From: an uncultured Candidatus Saccharibacteria bacterium
GTDB lineage: Bacteria; Patescibacteriota; Minisyncoccia; Phycocordibacterales; CSBR16-119
Length of the DNA stretch: 64,000 nt
NCBI GenBank assembly: GCA_964652835.1
Contig: CAZZCB010000001.1
Coordinates: 26,935 to 90,934 of the forward strand
Direction: 5' to 3'
Shown: one piece after another, positions 27,201 to 34,957 of the stretch
Position numbering within the stretch: position 1 is the stretch's first letter
Layout of the letters: every line of letters begins with the position of its first letter
Translations under genes and position numbers: made by a program
The notes under the pieces: generated by a model
Told to the model about the DNA's origin: nothing
What the model saw: the letters and a program-made list of their open reading frames with translations, nothing else
Database searches by the model: none

Positions 27201-29330
27201 ATTAACCCCTCTTTCATCTTCTGGTAAATCTTGCGCATTTTCTGAAACATCTTTAGTCCCTGATTCATTTCCAGCCGCTTCCAAAGCGCCTCTTTTTGCG
27301 ATCTCTTTTTTTATTTCTTCAGAATTTTGATTATAGAAATCTTCGTCTTCTACTTGTAGGTGAATGCTACCTGACTCGTTTTTCGTTGCCCAAATACGAT
27401 CTACAAATTCACTAACCGTTTCTTTCTTTCGGTCTTCTACATTAGTATTATTTTCTTCTGGGGTTTTATTTCGAGAATACTCTTCTTCTTTAACCCCTTT
27501 CCAATAAACAAAATCCTGGTCTTCTTTTGTAAGAGCCTCGTATTCTTCCTTTGACCAACCATTTTTTTCTAATACATCTTTTCTTTCTTCATAATCTGAT
27601 TTCTCCTCCAGCTCAGGTTCAAGTGTTTCATTTTTTGGTTTGTTTAGGGCCTCTTGTTTTAAAGCTTCCAAATCTTCAAGTTCTTCCTCTTCTTGCTTTA
27701 TAACTTCCTCTGATCCATCTACCACTCTTAATTCTTTAATAACCTCTTCTTGCTCTTCTATTTTTTTATTTAAATCTTCTATGTCCACCTGCACATCACC
27801 TGAATTAAGGAGTTCTTTTGCTTCTTTTACAGAAACATATCTAACATGAACATCCAGACCCTCCTCGTCACTATGGCGAACAGACAGAACTCTGATATTT
27901 CTTTCTTCTTCTTTTTGTTCTTTATTAACAACAGCATCTTCTTGCACCAAAGCTTCTGCATGATTCTTAAACCATTCTTCTTTGGTTATCTGCTCTCTGA
28001 AAGCTTTCTGTTGATCCTCTATAGACATTCCTCGAAGGTCTTCGTTTGTAAATCCAAGAACTGGAAGAAATCTTCCATTCTCCACCCCTCTAAAATCATC
28101 AACGTCCCCCAGCCCTGCGTCATCCCCAGAAAAAGCTTCTGGTGACATCGGTACTACAGCGCTTTTTGTAGGAGGATTTTCTTTTCTTTCATTATTTTCA
28201 GGGCTTGTCTTTTTATTTCTTAAACTCTCAATATACATCCCCTTACTCATATTGGTGTTTAAAATTCGAGTGGCTTCCGCTGCAGACATTCTGTTAATTT
28301 CAGTATTACTAAACCCCCTCTTTAAAAGTGCGACGGATATTTCCGCCTTATTAATTTTTTTAGAAATCTCACTTTTATCATCATCTGTTTTTGCATATTT
28401 TAGAGCTGTTCTTAGTCTAATAAGACCATCCTCTATTTTTTTTATATTTACACTAGACGAATATTCCCCGTCTTCATAGCCCATAACAAACTCATCTTTT
28501 GTTACACCTGAGTCAAGTATTTGATTTCTTTCTTCCTCTGTTAAAGATTTTATATCACCCTGAATAAAACCTTTTTTATTTAAAAGTTTATCGTCTATTT
28601 TTCTATTTACATAGTCACTAACATTAGAAAGCTTGTTTATATCTTCGTTAGTAAGTCCCGCGTCATAAAAATCCAAAATAGATTGTTTTTCGGCCAATTC
28701 ATTCTCTAGTTTTTTTAGTCTATCACCCAGCAAAAATATATCCTTTGATTCTTTTTTATTTTTTGCAATTTCAGACTGAGCTAGTTTTATGTCGTGTTTT
28801 AGGATTTTAACTTTAGCTTGGATGGTTTTTTTGTTTTCATTTTCTCCAACAAAAATTGACTGTTTATTTCCTATTTTTTGCTCTGCAGAATTTTTATTCT
28901 CGCCCGAAAATCTAGCTCTTGAGATTTCAAGCCATTTATCTTTTGTATAATTATTTTGTAATATCTCAGCTAAATCCTCCCTTGAGTAAACCTCATTTAT
29001 TTCATTAGCTGAAAATCCAAGCCCTAAGAATACTTTTAAATTATCTCTAGCTTCTTCTATTTGAGAAGTACTGTACCCTGAATTATCATATACAGGAGAC
29101 GCATCAAAAAACTCCCCTGAATCATCCCTATGTCTACCTTTCTTTCCCTCAAAACCCCTTCTTCTGGTGCGTCCGAAGCTCCTTTCTCTGATACCCGCAG
29201 CCTCTTCCTCAATTTTAAAATGAAGGGCATCGGTTGCACGATCCTCACCCTGAGCCATTCTTTGCTTTATTTTATTTAAATCAAAATCTTCTAAATTTTT
29301 AGGTGACATAATAAATTTATTATACAACAA
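24228..29330 (-). CDS. giant protein (1700 aa): coiled-coil rich, central double-TM anchor, unknown function
   Basis: Single uninterrupted ORF. TM pair around GAALIGAGYATKWLG...IGIVVAGAVGGYL. No recognisable catalytic motifs. Confidence 0.6.
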   Translation of the reverse strand: MLYNKFIMSPKNLEDFDLNKIKQRMAQGEDRATDALHFKIEEEAAGIRERSFGRTRRRGFEGKKGRHRDDSGEFFDASPVYDNSGYSTSQIEEARDNLKVFLGLGFSANEINEVYSREDLAEILQNNYTKDKWLEISRARFSGENKNSAEQKIGNKQSIFVGENENKKTIQAKVKILKHDIKLAQSEIAKNKKESKDIFLLGDRLKKLENELAEKQSILDFYDAGLTNEDINKLSNVSDYVNRKIDDKLLNKKGFIQGDIKSLTEEERNQILDSGVTKDEFVMGYEDGEYSSSVNIKKIEDGLIRLRTALKYAKTDDDKSEISKKINKAEISVALLKRGFSNTEINRMSAAEATRILNTNMSKGMYIESLRNKKTSPENNERKENPPTKSAVVPMSPEAFSGDDAGLGDVDDFRGVENGRFLPVLGFTNEDLRGMSIEDQQKAFREQITKEEWFKNHAEALVQEDAVVNKEQKEEERNIRVLSVRHSDEEGLDVHVRYVSVKEAKELLNSGDVQVDIEDLNKKIEEQEEVIKELRVVDGSEEVIKQEEEELEDLEALKQEALNKPKNETLEPELEEKSDYEERKDVLEKNGWSKEEYEALTKEDQDFVYWKGVKEEEYSRNKTPEENNTNVEDRKKETVSEFVDRIWATKNESGSIHLQVEDEDFYNQNSEEIKKEIAKRGALEAAGNESGTKDVSENAQDLPEDERGVNEAPSINLENISVSSGVKERLSDLGIESLQSLYAMSPEFFSLLPDKQMYLLSKIEQKIYLDADLASKDQNEEEIKNMGFFKKIGASFTKDQRQVSLRDKAINKIIDGGLEDYKEDIATLGKYLMGAPKLKYRDTIKGRPVPNFEYVQVGNSRDQKIEEAKTFFNASASRFSEIPYEWSLETATNSQRKIYREALEDYMKEKNELSRAMLSAVEKEYQDKGKTNEEEIEIAGKYKEAQTQVMMMIRETDMHVNFGRYITQNPEMEKISSSFSEKILGTDMGNWAKGAALIGAGYATKWLGRTFAATGIGIVVAGAVGGYLADRKKRLEFEGKELRKRYGKEVDDLGIKKSINSENVHERLGKLVSQFEKTTDDKSKARILETIKTRIFVTDEMMRDGRINFGKSKDQIVNQFKISDLMSKAAVLVEMNGGFGVDTNTDGVFDKSTNEASKEEQVFERFKQFIKDDQAQSEKDKARALAVLKGASVAMLGFSFGAGIRHAQEQGYFNAAWEAMLDKSGDAVEKIKNLKGQITGVPYDYFKTEGTPITPKTSEIIGGEGLSQTPEDLTVKNIPSESGVLESAMAGSRGAIGAIDDLQDSLKLKFGNDVPAQYKDLMAKTPDQLAREWGFYKPGEVNESAVIKKGEGFSIDSKGVVRFMGLNGEDVVYKPEAVTEVEAVESERKFFNAGNESSGAPENSYAKAPSRDFDYEKALRAKIDEGYNVVSKEIKPGPSNWYEKPVPTEFSKEPAPNVTSVSEGQDFVLNKEASPSKAVPVAESANVSGKSYEISFDEREGKKYIPIAALSSWNMDDTPVARNEALGEIINSKYHEALKYNLDFDRLAVAQEFLDSGKYPAGSEEYEALQNTINEQKNKISAALRAEDVFETAVPSPGKSSLGGVEYLTNSSTQVDLGSKLFKADEVVNTYGEVTGSSKNLVSFKNGYIGIYEEAKDQGLINEKINKIRRDNAGKIGTLVYEKATRLQDGTIRVLKIYKK

Positions 29331-29357
29331 ACTTTGACAAAAACAGCCACCTGTAGT

Positions 29358-29366
29358 TTATCCACA
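29358..29366. promoter_or_regulatory. consensus DnaA box TTATCCACA in the divergent promoter region between the giant protein gene and the LysM/M23 gene
   Basis: Exact 9-mer. Confidence 0.35.
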
Positions 29367-29455
29367 AACCGATTGACTAGGGACCCAGGGTAAGATACCA
29401 TTTACATACGTGTTGATTTGGATGCGCGTCTAATAAACCATTTTTCAATTAAACG

Positions 29456-30622
29456 TTGCAAAATAAGGGTTTTCCAGAAAGATTAATCAACAATAAACCA
29501 AAAAGGCTTATAAAAACTCAACAACAAGACCCAGATCCCCTTAATCAAATCAGTTATTCGGGACAGGTATCAAATAACCTTAAAAAATGGCTTTTCCTTG
29601 GAAAGGCTTCTATTCCTTTTGCTCTAACCTTTTCTTTGATTGTTCTGCCGATAGCCAAATCTTCTGGGGACGAAATCCTAAAATCAAAAAATCTAAGCTC
29701 AAACTCTCAAAACCTAAAACTGCTTCAATCTGACATATCTCCGGCCGGGGCTGGCTCGACAGGAGGAGCTGAGATACTAATAGAAGAAAATGCCTTACTT
29801 GCCACGGGGATCTCAGGAGAAGAAAGTGCGCCGAAAGTGGTAAAAGCAGGGGCGGATGAAATCAGTGTATATATAGTACGTGAAGGAGACACACTTTCTC
29901 AAATAGCAGACATGTTTGGCGTAAAAGTAAGCACTATAAGAGGTTTTAACAACATACGAACAGACGGAGACTTAAAAACTGGTCAAGAACTACTTATTCT
30001 TCCGATAGACGGAGCTACATATAAAGTGGAAAAGGGTGACACACTATCTAGTATTGCTAAAAAATTTAAGAGCGACGAATTTGATATTTCAGTATTTAAC
30101 GATATAGGTGAAGATGGAGTTTTGGTGATTGGCTCTGAGATAGTTATCCCAAATGCAGAAAACCTACCAGTCGAGCCAGTAAAAGAAGTTACAAAAGTTG
30201 CGACTAGTACAAAAACAACAGTCAAAACTACCGCTTCTACGACTAAGTCTGGCGCGCCTTCTGGATTCTATACCCACCCAGTTCCAAGAGGTTCTGTTAA
30301 AAGCCAAGGCTTCCACGGACCATACCAAGCTCAAGACCTAGCCGCAAAAGAAGGAACTCCGATTGTTGCTTCATCTGCTGGTAGAGTTATTTCAGTTAAA
30401 AATGGCGGATACAACGGGGGTTACGGAACAATGTTAATCATCGACGATGGAAGAGCAAACGTACTCTACGCCCACATGAGTAAAATAGATGTGACCCAAG
30501 GGCAGACTGTTAAACAAGGAGAAGTGATCGGATATGTTGGAAACACGGGACGTTCAACTGGTCCACACCTACACATCGAATACAGAGGAAAGAAGGGCCC
30601 TGTTAAAACTCCTACTTGGTAA
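29456..30622 (+). CDS. LysM-domain M23 family peptidase (peptidoglycan hydrolase)
   Basis: Two LysM motifs (YIVREGDTLSQIA, YKVEKGDTLSSIA). M23 motifs HxxxD and HLHIE. Confidence 0.8.
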   Translation: MQNKGFPERLINNKPKRLIKTQQQDPDPLNQISYSGQVSNNLKKWLFLGKASIPFALTFSLIVLPIAKSSGDEILKSKNLSSNSQNLKLLQSDISPAGAGSTGGAEILIEENALLATGISGEESAPKVVKAGADEISVYIVREGDTLSQIADMFGVKVSTIRGFNNIRTDGDLKTGQELLILPIDGATYKVEKGDTLSSIAKKFKSDEFDISVFNDIGEDGVLVIGSEIVIPNAENLPVEPVKEVTKVATSTKTTVKTTASTTKSGAPSGFYTHPVPRGSVKSQGFHGPYQAQDLAAKEGTPIVASSAGRVISVKNGGYNGGYGTMLIIDDGRANVLYAHMSKIDVTQGQTVKQGEVIGYVGNTGRSTGPHLHIEYRGKKGPVKTPTW

Positions 30623-30642
30623 TTTGATAGGAAGTAAAAATA

Positions 30643-30667
30643 AAGCCGCACCCGAAGAGTGCGGCTT
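30643..30667. terminator. bidirectional terminator (LysM/M23 gene and comM)
   Basis: aagccgcacccgaagagtgcggctt hairpin. Confidence 0.7.
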
Positions 30668-30682
30668 TATTTTTACTTCTAC

Positions 30683-32200
30683 TTAATACTCTTCTTTCGG
30701 TCTATACGCCAGCGCCTCTAAAATATGTTTTGTTTCTATATCTTCTTTGTCATCTAAATCCGCAATGGTCCGCGCGAGTTTTATAATCCTGTGATATGCG
30801 CGCGCAGAAAGTCCGAGTTTTTCCGCAGAAGTATTTAAAATATTTTTTATATCATCTTTTAAGAAAACAACCTTATCTAAATCACGAACTGACATTTCGC
30901 TATTTGTTTTAGCTTTTGATCCAGTAAGTCTTTTCGCTTGCCTCTGCCGAGCTTTTATAACCCTTTTAACAATCTCACTACTTGTCTCGCCTGATTTTTC
31001 TTTCGCACCTAAAAGTTCGTAATCTATCTTTGGCACATCAACCCACATATCTATCCGGTCTATTATCGGCCCTGAGATTTTCTTTTTATAACGAACTATC
31101 TCACTTGCCGTGGCGTTATCTGGTGGCGGATTCATCGCAGCTATTAAAATAAAGTTAGTCGGGAAAACCGCAGTGCCTTTTGATCTTGAAATATGAACAA
31201 CTCTATCTTCTAGTGGCTGACGAAGTGACTCTATTACCCTTCTGTCGAACTCTGGGAATTCATCTAGAAACAAAACTCCTTTGTGTGCCAAAGTTACTTC
31301 ACCAGGTTTTGGAAAAGTTCCACCGCCAATAACAGAAACGTAGCTCGAGGTATTGTGTGGAGAGCGAAAAGGTGGATGAGTTATCAGGGCGCCATCTAAA
31401 GTTCCAGCCACACTGTGTATGCCAGTAATTTCTAAAATATCTTCTTTTGAAAGCGGGGGAAGAATGCCAGAGAATGCACGAGCAAGCATTGTCTTCCCTG
31501 TTCCAGGCGGCCCATACATAGCGATATTGTGCCCGCCAGCTGCCGCAATCTCAAGCCCTCTTTTTGCTACGTCTTGCCCACGAATATCAGAAAAATCGTT
31601 ATGTGCTTTTGGGGGCCCGGATAAAATCTCGGTCAGCTCTTGCGGGGCGATACTGAAATTCACATCTTCTTTCAAATGGTTTATAACTTCGAGTAAATTT
31701 TTTGCCGGAAAAATATCTATTCCTTCTATCAGCGCCGCCTCTTCTTTATTTACATCTGGTATGAAAACCTCCTTAAATCCCAAATCTTTTAAAGTTTTAA
31801 CCAGCGCCAAAATCCCTTTCACTGGTTTTAATTCTCCGTTCAAAGAAAGCTCTCCCACAAAAGCTTTTTTCTCAGGACTGAATTTAAGCTCTTCGTTTGA
31901 AAGAAGATACCCGAGGGCAATTCCTAAATCAAAATACGATCCTTCTTTTTTCACAGAAGCAGGAGAAAGAGAGACAACTATTTTTTGATTACTTTGTTTT
32001 GGAGATGAAAATCCGGAGTTTTTAATAGCGCTGCCGACGCGGTCTCTGGCTTCTTCGACGGCTTTGTCGGGGAGACCAACAACAGAAAAATTATGCAGAC
32101 CTCTTCCGATATCTGTTTCTATTGTAATTAACTGCCCGTCTAAAACATTCACCTGAGCAGAATATACTCTCGAGAATGACATAATAAAAGTATACCGCAA
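30683..32200 (-). CDS. comM: Mg-chelatase-like AAA+ protein ComM/YifB
   Basis: YifB N-terminal domain. Walker A GPPGTGKTM. C-terminal Mg-chelatase region. Confidence 0.9.
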   Translation of the reverse strand: MRYTFIMSFSRVYSAQVNVLDGQLITIETDIGRGLHNFSVVGLPDKAVEEARDRVGSAIKNSGFSSPKQSNQKIVVSLSPASVKKEGSYFDLGIALGYLLSNEELKFSPEKKAFVGELSLNGELKPVKGILALVKTLKDLGFKEVFIPDVNKEEAALIEGIDIFPAKNLLEVINHLKEDVNFSIAPQELTEILSGPPKAHNDFSDIRGQDVAKRGLEIAAAGGHNIAMYGPPGTGKTMLARAFSGILPPLSKEDILEITGIHSVAGTLDGALITHPPFRSPHNTSSYVSVIGGGTFPKPGEVTLAHKGVLFLDEFPEFDRRVIESLRQPLEDRVVHISRSKGTAVFPTNFILIAAMNPPPDNATASEIVRYKKKISGPIIDRIDMWVDVPKIDYELLGAKEKSGETSSEIVKRVIKARQRQAKRLTGSKAKTNSEMSVRDLDKVVFLKDDIKNILNTSAEKLGLSARAYHRIIKLARTIADLDDKEDIETKHILEALAYRPKEEY

Positions 32201-32365
32201 CCAATATTTTGTTTAAAGTAATAAAAACAAAAAGTGTGAAAAAGTTTTTAAAACCACAAACAACAATCGAAGAGGTTTCGACCCTACACGAGAACACCGC
32301 TCGCACAATTCAATCCCCTCTACAAAAAGAAAGGAAATTAAAAAACCCTTTCGGGTTTTTTAAGA

Positions 32366-32731
32366 TTAATCATTCATGTGTTCCTTACACGTCCTCGCAG
32401 CTGGATTCGCCATAAGCCTATCTTCTTCGATATCTTTTCCTGATAGCTCACATTTTCCAAAACTTCCGTCAGCTCTCTCTATTTTTGCCAAAGCATTTTT
32501 AACATCTAAATATCTTTTTTCAAGCTGTCCTAAAGTGTTTGCTCTTATTGCAAAATCTTCATCAACATCCGCTGCGTCATTCTTATCTGAGACTTCGGCC
32601 TCACCTTCTTTTTGATAAGCACCCCAGTCCCCAGTCTCTGGATCCATTATTCCAAGCTCTGAAAGCTCTGCTTCAAGCTTCGCTCTTTCTTCTAAAAGCA
32701 TTCCTTTAAATTTATTTGTTTCTGTTGTCAT
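32366..32731 (-). CDS. DksA/TraR-family protein with degenerate (2-Cys) zinc finger
   Basis: Coiled-coil N-terminus. C-terminal CELSGKDIEEDRLMANPAARTCKEH resembles the TraR/DksA finger with Cys-to-Ser/Thr substitutions. Confidence 0.5.
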   Translation of the reverse strand: MTTETNKFKGMLLEERAKLEAELSELGIMDPETGDWGAYQKEGEAEVSDKNDAADVDEDFAIRANTLGQLEKRYLDVKNALAKIERADGSFGKCELSGKDIEEDRLMANPAARTCKEHMND

Positions 32732-32867
32732 CCCATTAGAGATAGCAAATTATTAATTTGCATACCTATTTAAAATTTTATGAATAATATCCGTCTGTAA
32801 CTTTCTTTAACCTATTAAAGAATTTAAGTAAAAATCTCTAACGGGACAAGTATTATTATTTTACCAA

Positions 32868-33815
32868 TTATCTAATACTTTGTGAATTAATCCTTTTTAT
32901 AATCTCTTCTACCGACGGCGTGTGACTTGTCATTAAAATAGTATTTCTATCCAAGTAAATATATGAGAAAACCAAGGCTCCGTTTTCATCATACAGGTTT
33001 CTAGACTCCTTGTTGAAGGTTACCCCGCTTTGAAATGTTCTCAGGAAAATATCTCCGGCAAAAGATTTTGGATCAATTTTAAACAATCTAACAAGGTCGT
33101 TTACCATCGAAACTTCCCAGTCTTTCATCGCTGAGAAAGATTCATTAAAATCCTTAACCTTTAAAATAAGGAAGAGATTTCCCTTGTCTTCAACCTTATA
33201 AACACCAAGCATAAACTGACCTGTTAAATTATTTGTGACCGTTTCAGGAACATCTATACCGAGTTTACTAAATAGTACATTTACGTTTATCAAACTTTTT
33301 CCCACAGAAGTCTGATTGGTTATAAACATATTAGTTATCGTTTCGTTCTCAGCAAAATCTGCTTTTAGTGTATTGTGAATAGCAGTGAAAAAATTCCCTC
33401 TTGTTAGACTTGTTATATCTGTTTGTGTTTGGTTTTCAGAATAAATAAGACTAGGTGAACCGATAGGGGCGACAACAGAAACAGGATTATCTTTATTCAT
33501 TATTGTGTAAACAAAAATAAGAATACCCGCCACGATAAACATAACACCGAGCAGTATCACAATAAGATTTTTTGTACTTGTCGGATCTTTTGTTTCTTTA
33601 TAAGCCTTTCTTCTTTCTTGTTCGGCTAGGGCTATCTTTATAACAGAACCTTTTTCACGTCGCATAATTTCTGCAATATCAGCAGAATAAGTTCTGATAC
33701 CAATACCGACTTTTTTTGAATCAGTGTTTTCTTTTGAGAGAGGTGAAGGTCCCACAACTGCTGTGGTTTTTTCAAGCTCATTTTTTAAAACTTCCCTATC
33801 TTGATCTAAACTCAT
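32868..33815 (-). CDS. membrane-anchored hypothetical protein
   Basis: TM segment LIVILLGVMFIVAGILIFVYTIM. Confidence 0.45.
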   Translation of the reverse strand: MSLDQDREVLKNELEKTTAVVGPSPLSKENTDSKKVGIGIRTYSADIAEIMRREKGSVIKIALAEQERRKAYKETKDPTSTKNLIVILLGVMFIVAGILIFVYTIMNKDNPVSVVAPIGSPSLIYSENQTQTDITSLTRGNFFTAIHNTLKADFAENETITNMFITNQTSVGKSLINVNVLFSKLGIDVPETVTNNLTGQFMLGVYKVEDKGNLFLILKVKDFNESFSAMKDWEVSMVNDLVRLFKIDPKSFAGDIFLRTFQSGVTFNKESRNLYDENGALVFSYIYLDRNTILMTSHTPSVEEIIKRINSQSIR

Positions 33816-33855
33816 GAAAATATTTTACCACGCTTTAGAAAAAACGAAATGAAAA

Positions 33856-33879
33856 AGGCCCGCACAAGTACGGGCCTTC
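33856..33879 (-). terminator. terminator of the OMP island gene
   Basis: aaggcccgcacaagtacgggcctt hairpin; T-run on minus strand. Confidence 0.65.
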
Positions 33880-33895
33880 GTCGCAGAACTTCTCC

Positions 33896-34594
33896 TTAGA
33901 AGTTTACGGCTGCTTGGAAAGCAAGCGCTTGGCGACGGTAGTCGCCGAGACCCTGACTTTCCAGCAAATTGTTCATCGCCTGATCCCAGGCATAGGTTAC
34001 GCCGAGTGAGTAACGCTCACAGGTGAAGTAACTGATCTGTGCATACTGACCCTGGGCAATGGAAGATATTCCAATACGACCTTCGAAGCTCTTGAATCGA
34101 GCTCCAACATGTTGGTCATAGAAGATACCTCGACCACCAACCTCAGCGTGCACGCCGGCGAACATCGACAGGTTGTCATCGCAGGAGCGGAATTCCGCAC
34201 GAGCGATGATCGTTCCACCGATAGCTCCGTGACCACGGTACTGGAAGGTTGGCCCAACAGCAAACTCGATAAGACGATGATTGCCTTGGACTCGACCTTT
34301 CACAAGCGGGCTCACAGAGCTCACTGCGGTATTGTACCGCGAGTAGTTCTGGGCACTGCCTCCAACGAAGAAGCTTTCCTTCTTACTCAGCGAGAAGAAG
34401 GCTTCTCCACCAATATGGTGGAACTGGTTGCCCAGCTCCGGAGTGGAAACCTCCCCGAAATCCGGGATGGTGTAGTCGCCCATCAACACGGACGCTTGTC
34501 CGTGATAGGACTGGGCGTTAACAACGCCAACACACACAGAGGTCACCAGCATGATAACCAGAGCGATGAGGTGAAAATTGATCTTGTTTTTCAT
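33896..34594 (-). CDS. outer-membrane-type beta-barrel protein (OmpA/OmpW-like), high-GC island
   Basis: Start set at the internal Met of ORF 33896..34711. Signal peptide MKNKINFHLIALVIMLVTSVCVGVVNAQ. Alternating hydrophobic beta-strand pattern. Aromatic-rich C-terminus ending in Phe (…AFQAAVNF). About 55% GC. No SD. Confidence 0.55.
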   Translation of the reverse strand: MKNKINFHLIALVIMLVTSVCVGVVNAQSYHGQASVLMGDYTIPDFGEVSTPELGNQFHHIGGEAFFSLSKKESFFVGGSAQNYSRYNTAVSSVSPLVKGRVQGNHRLIEFAVGPTFQYRGHGAIGGTIIARAEFRSCDDNLSMFAGVHAEVGGRGIFYDQHVGARFKSFEGRIGISSIAQGQYAQISYFTCERYSLGVTYAWDQAMNNLLESQGLGDYRRQALAFQAAVNF

Positions 34595-34654
34595 GGGAAA
34601 GGGCTGTGTTTTACCTGGTTTTACGCAGGTTGGTTGGTTTCTAGGTTCTTGTAT

Positions 34655-34683
34655 ATAATAGCATAAATAGATTATTTTGTCAA
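34655..34683 (-). promoter_or_regulatory. sigma70-type promoter (TTGACA-17-TGcTATTAT) for the OMP gene
   Basis: Minus strand reads acTTGACAaaataatctatttatgcTATTAT. Confidence 0.6.
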
Positions 34684-34735
34684 GTATATTTAGACAAGGA
34701 AAAAGGCCCATCTACATTGCGTAAACGGGCCTTCG

Positions 34736-34808
34736 TGCTGGGGGCAGGACTCGAACCTGCGACCTTGTGCTTGTGATACACATGCTCTACCATCTGAGCT
34801 ACCCCTGC
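34736..34808 (-). tRNA. tRNA-Val (anticodon CAC)
   Basis: Minus-strand sequence GCAGGGGTAGCTCAGATGGTAGAGCATGTGTATCACAAGCACAAGGTCGCAGGTTCGAGTCCTGCCCCCAGCA. D-arm GCTC/GAGC. Anticodon loop AUCACAA. T-arm GCAGG-TTCGAGT-CCTGC. 7-bp acceptor stem with one A-A mismatch. CCA not encoded. Confidence 0.8.
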
Positions 34809-34883
34809 ATTTATCTCTGAACCCCTAAGGGCTTGATGGTCTTAAAAGAACTTACCTGGAATATATTACTCAGGTATAAAAAA

Positions 34884-34914
34884 TTGTCAACGTAAAAGCC
34901 CGGCGCCTCTGGCG
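34884..34914 (-). terminator. terminator after pnp
   Basis: aaaagcccggcgcctctggcgccgggctttt hairpin. Confidence 0.7.
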
Positions 34915-34957
34915 CCGGGCTTTTACGTTTTAAGCTCCACGTTCTACGTTTCACTTT

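Noticed and set aside
31419-31988. 189-aa plus-strand ORF inside comM, and the similar antisense ORFs inside other long genes (e.g. 7826..8200, 12693..12980, 15516..16088, 27846..28145)
   Set aside because: These lie entirely within, and antisense to, strongly supported genes. Low-complexity translations.
34850-34890. Promoter for tRNA-Val (TTGACA at 34885-34890 with a weak AATATA -10)
   Set aside because: The -35 is perfect but the -10 is poor and the spacing ambiguous (17-19). The TTGACA also overlaps the T-run of the pnp terminator. Too uncertain to annotate.
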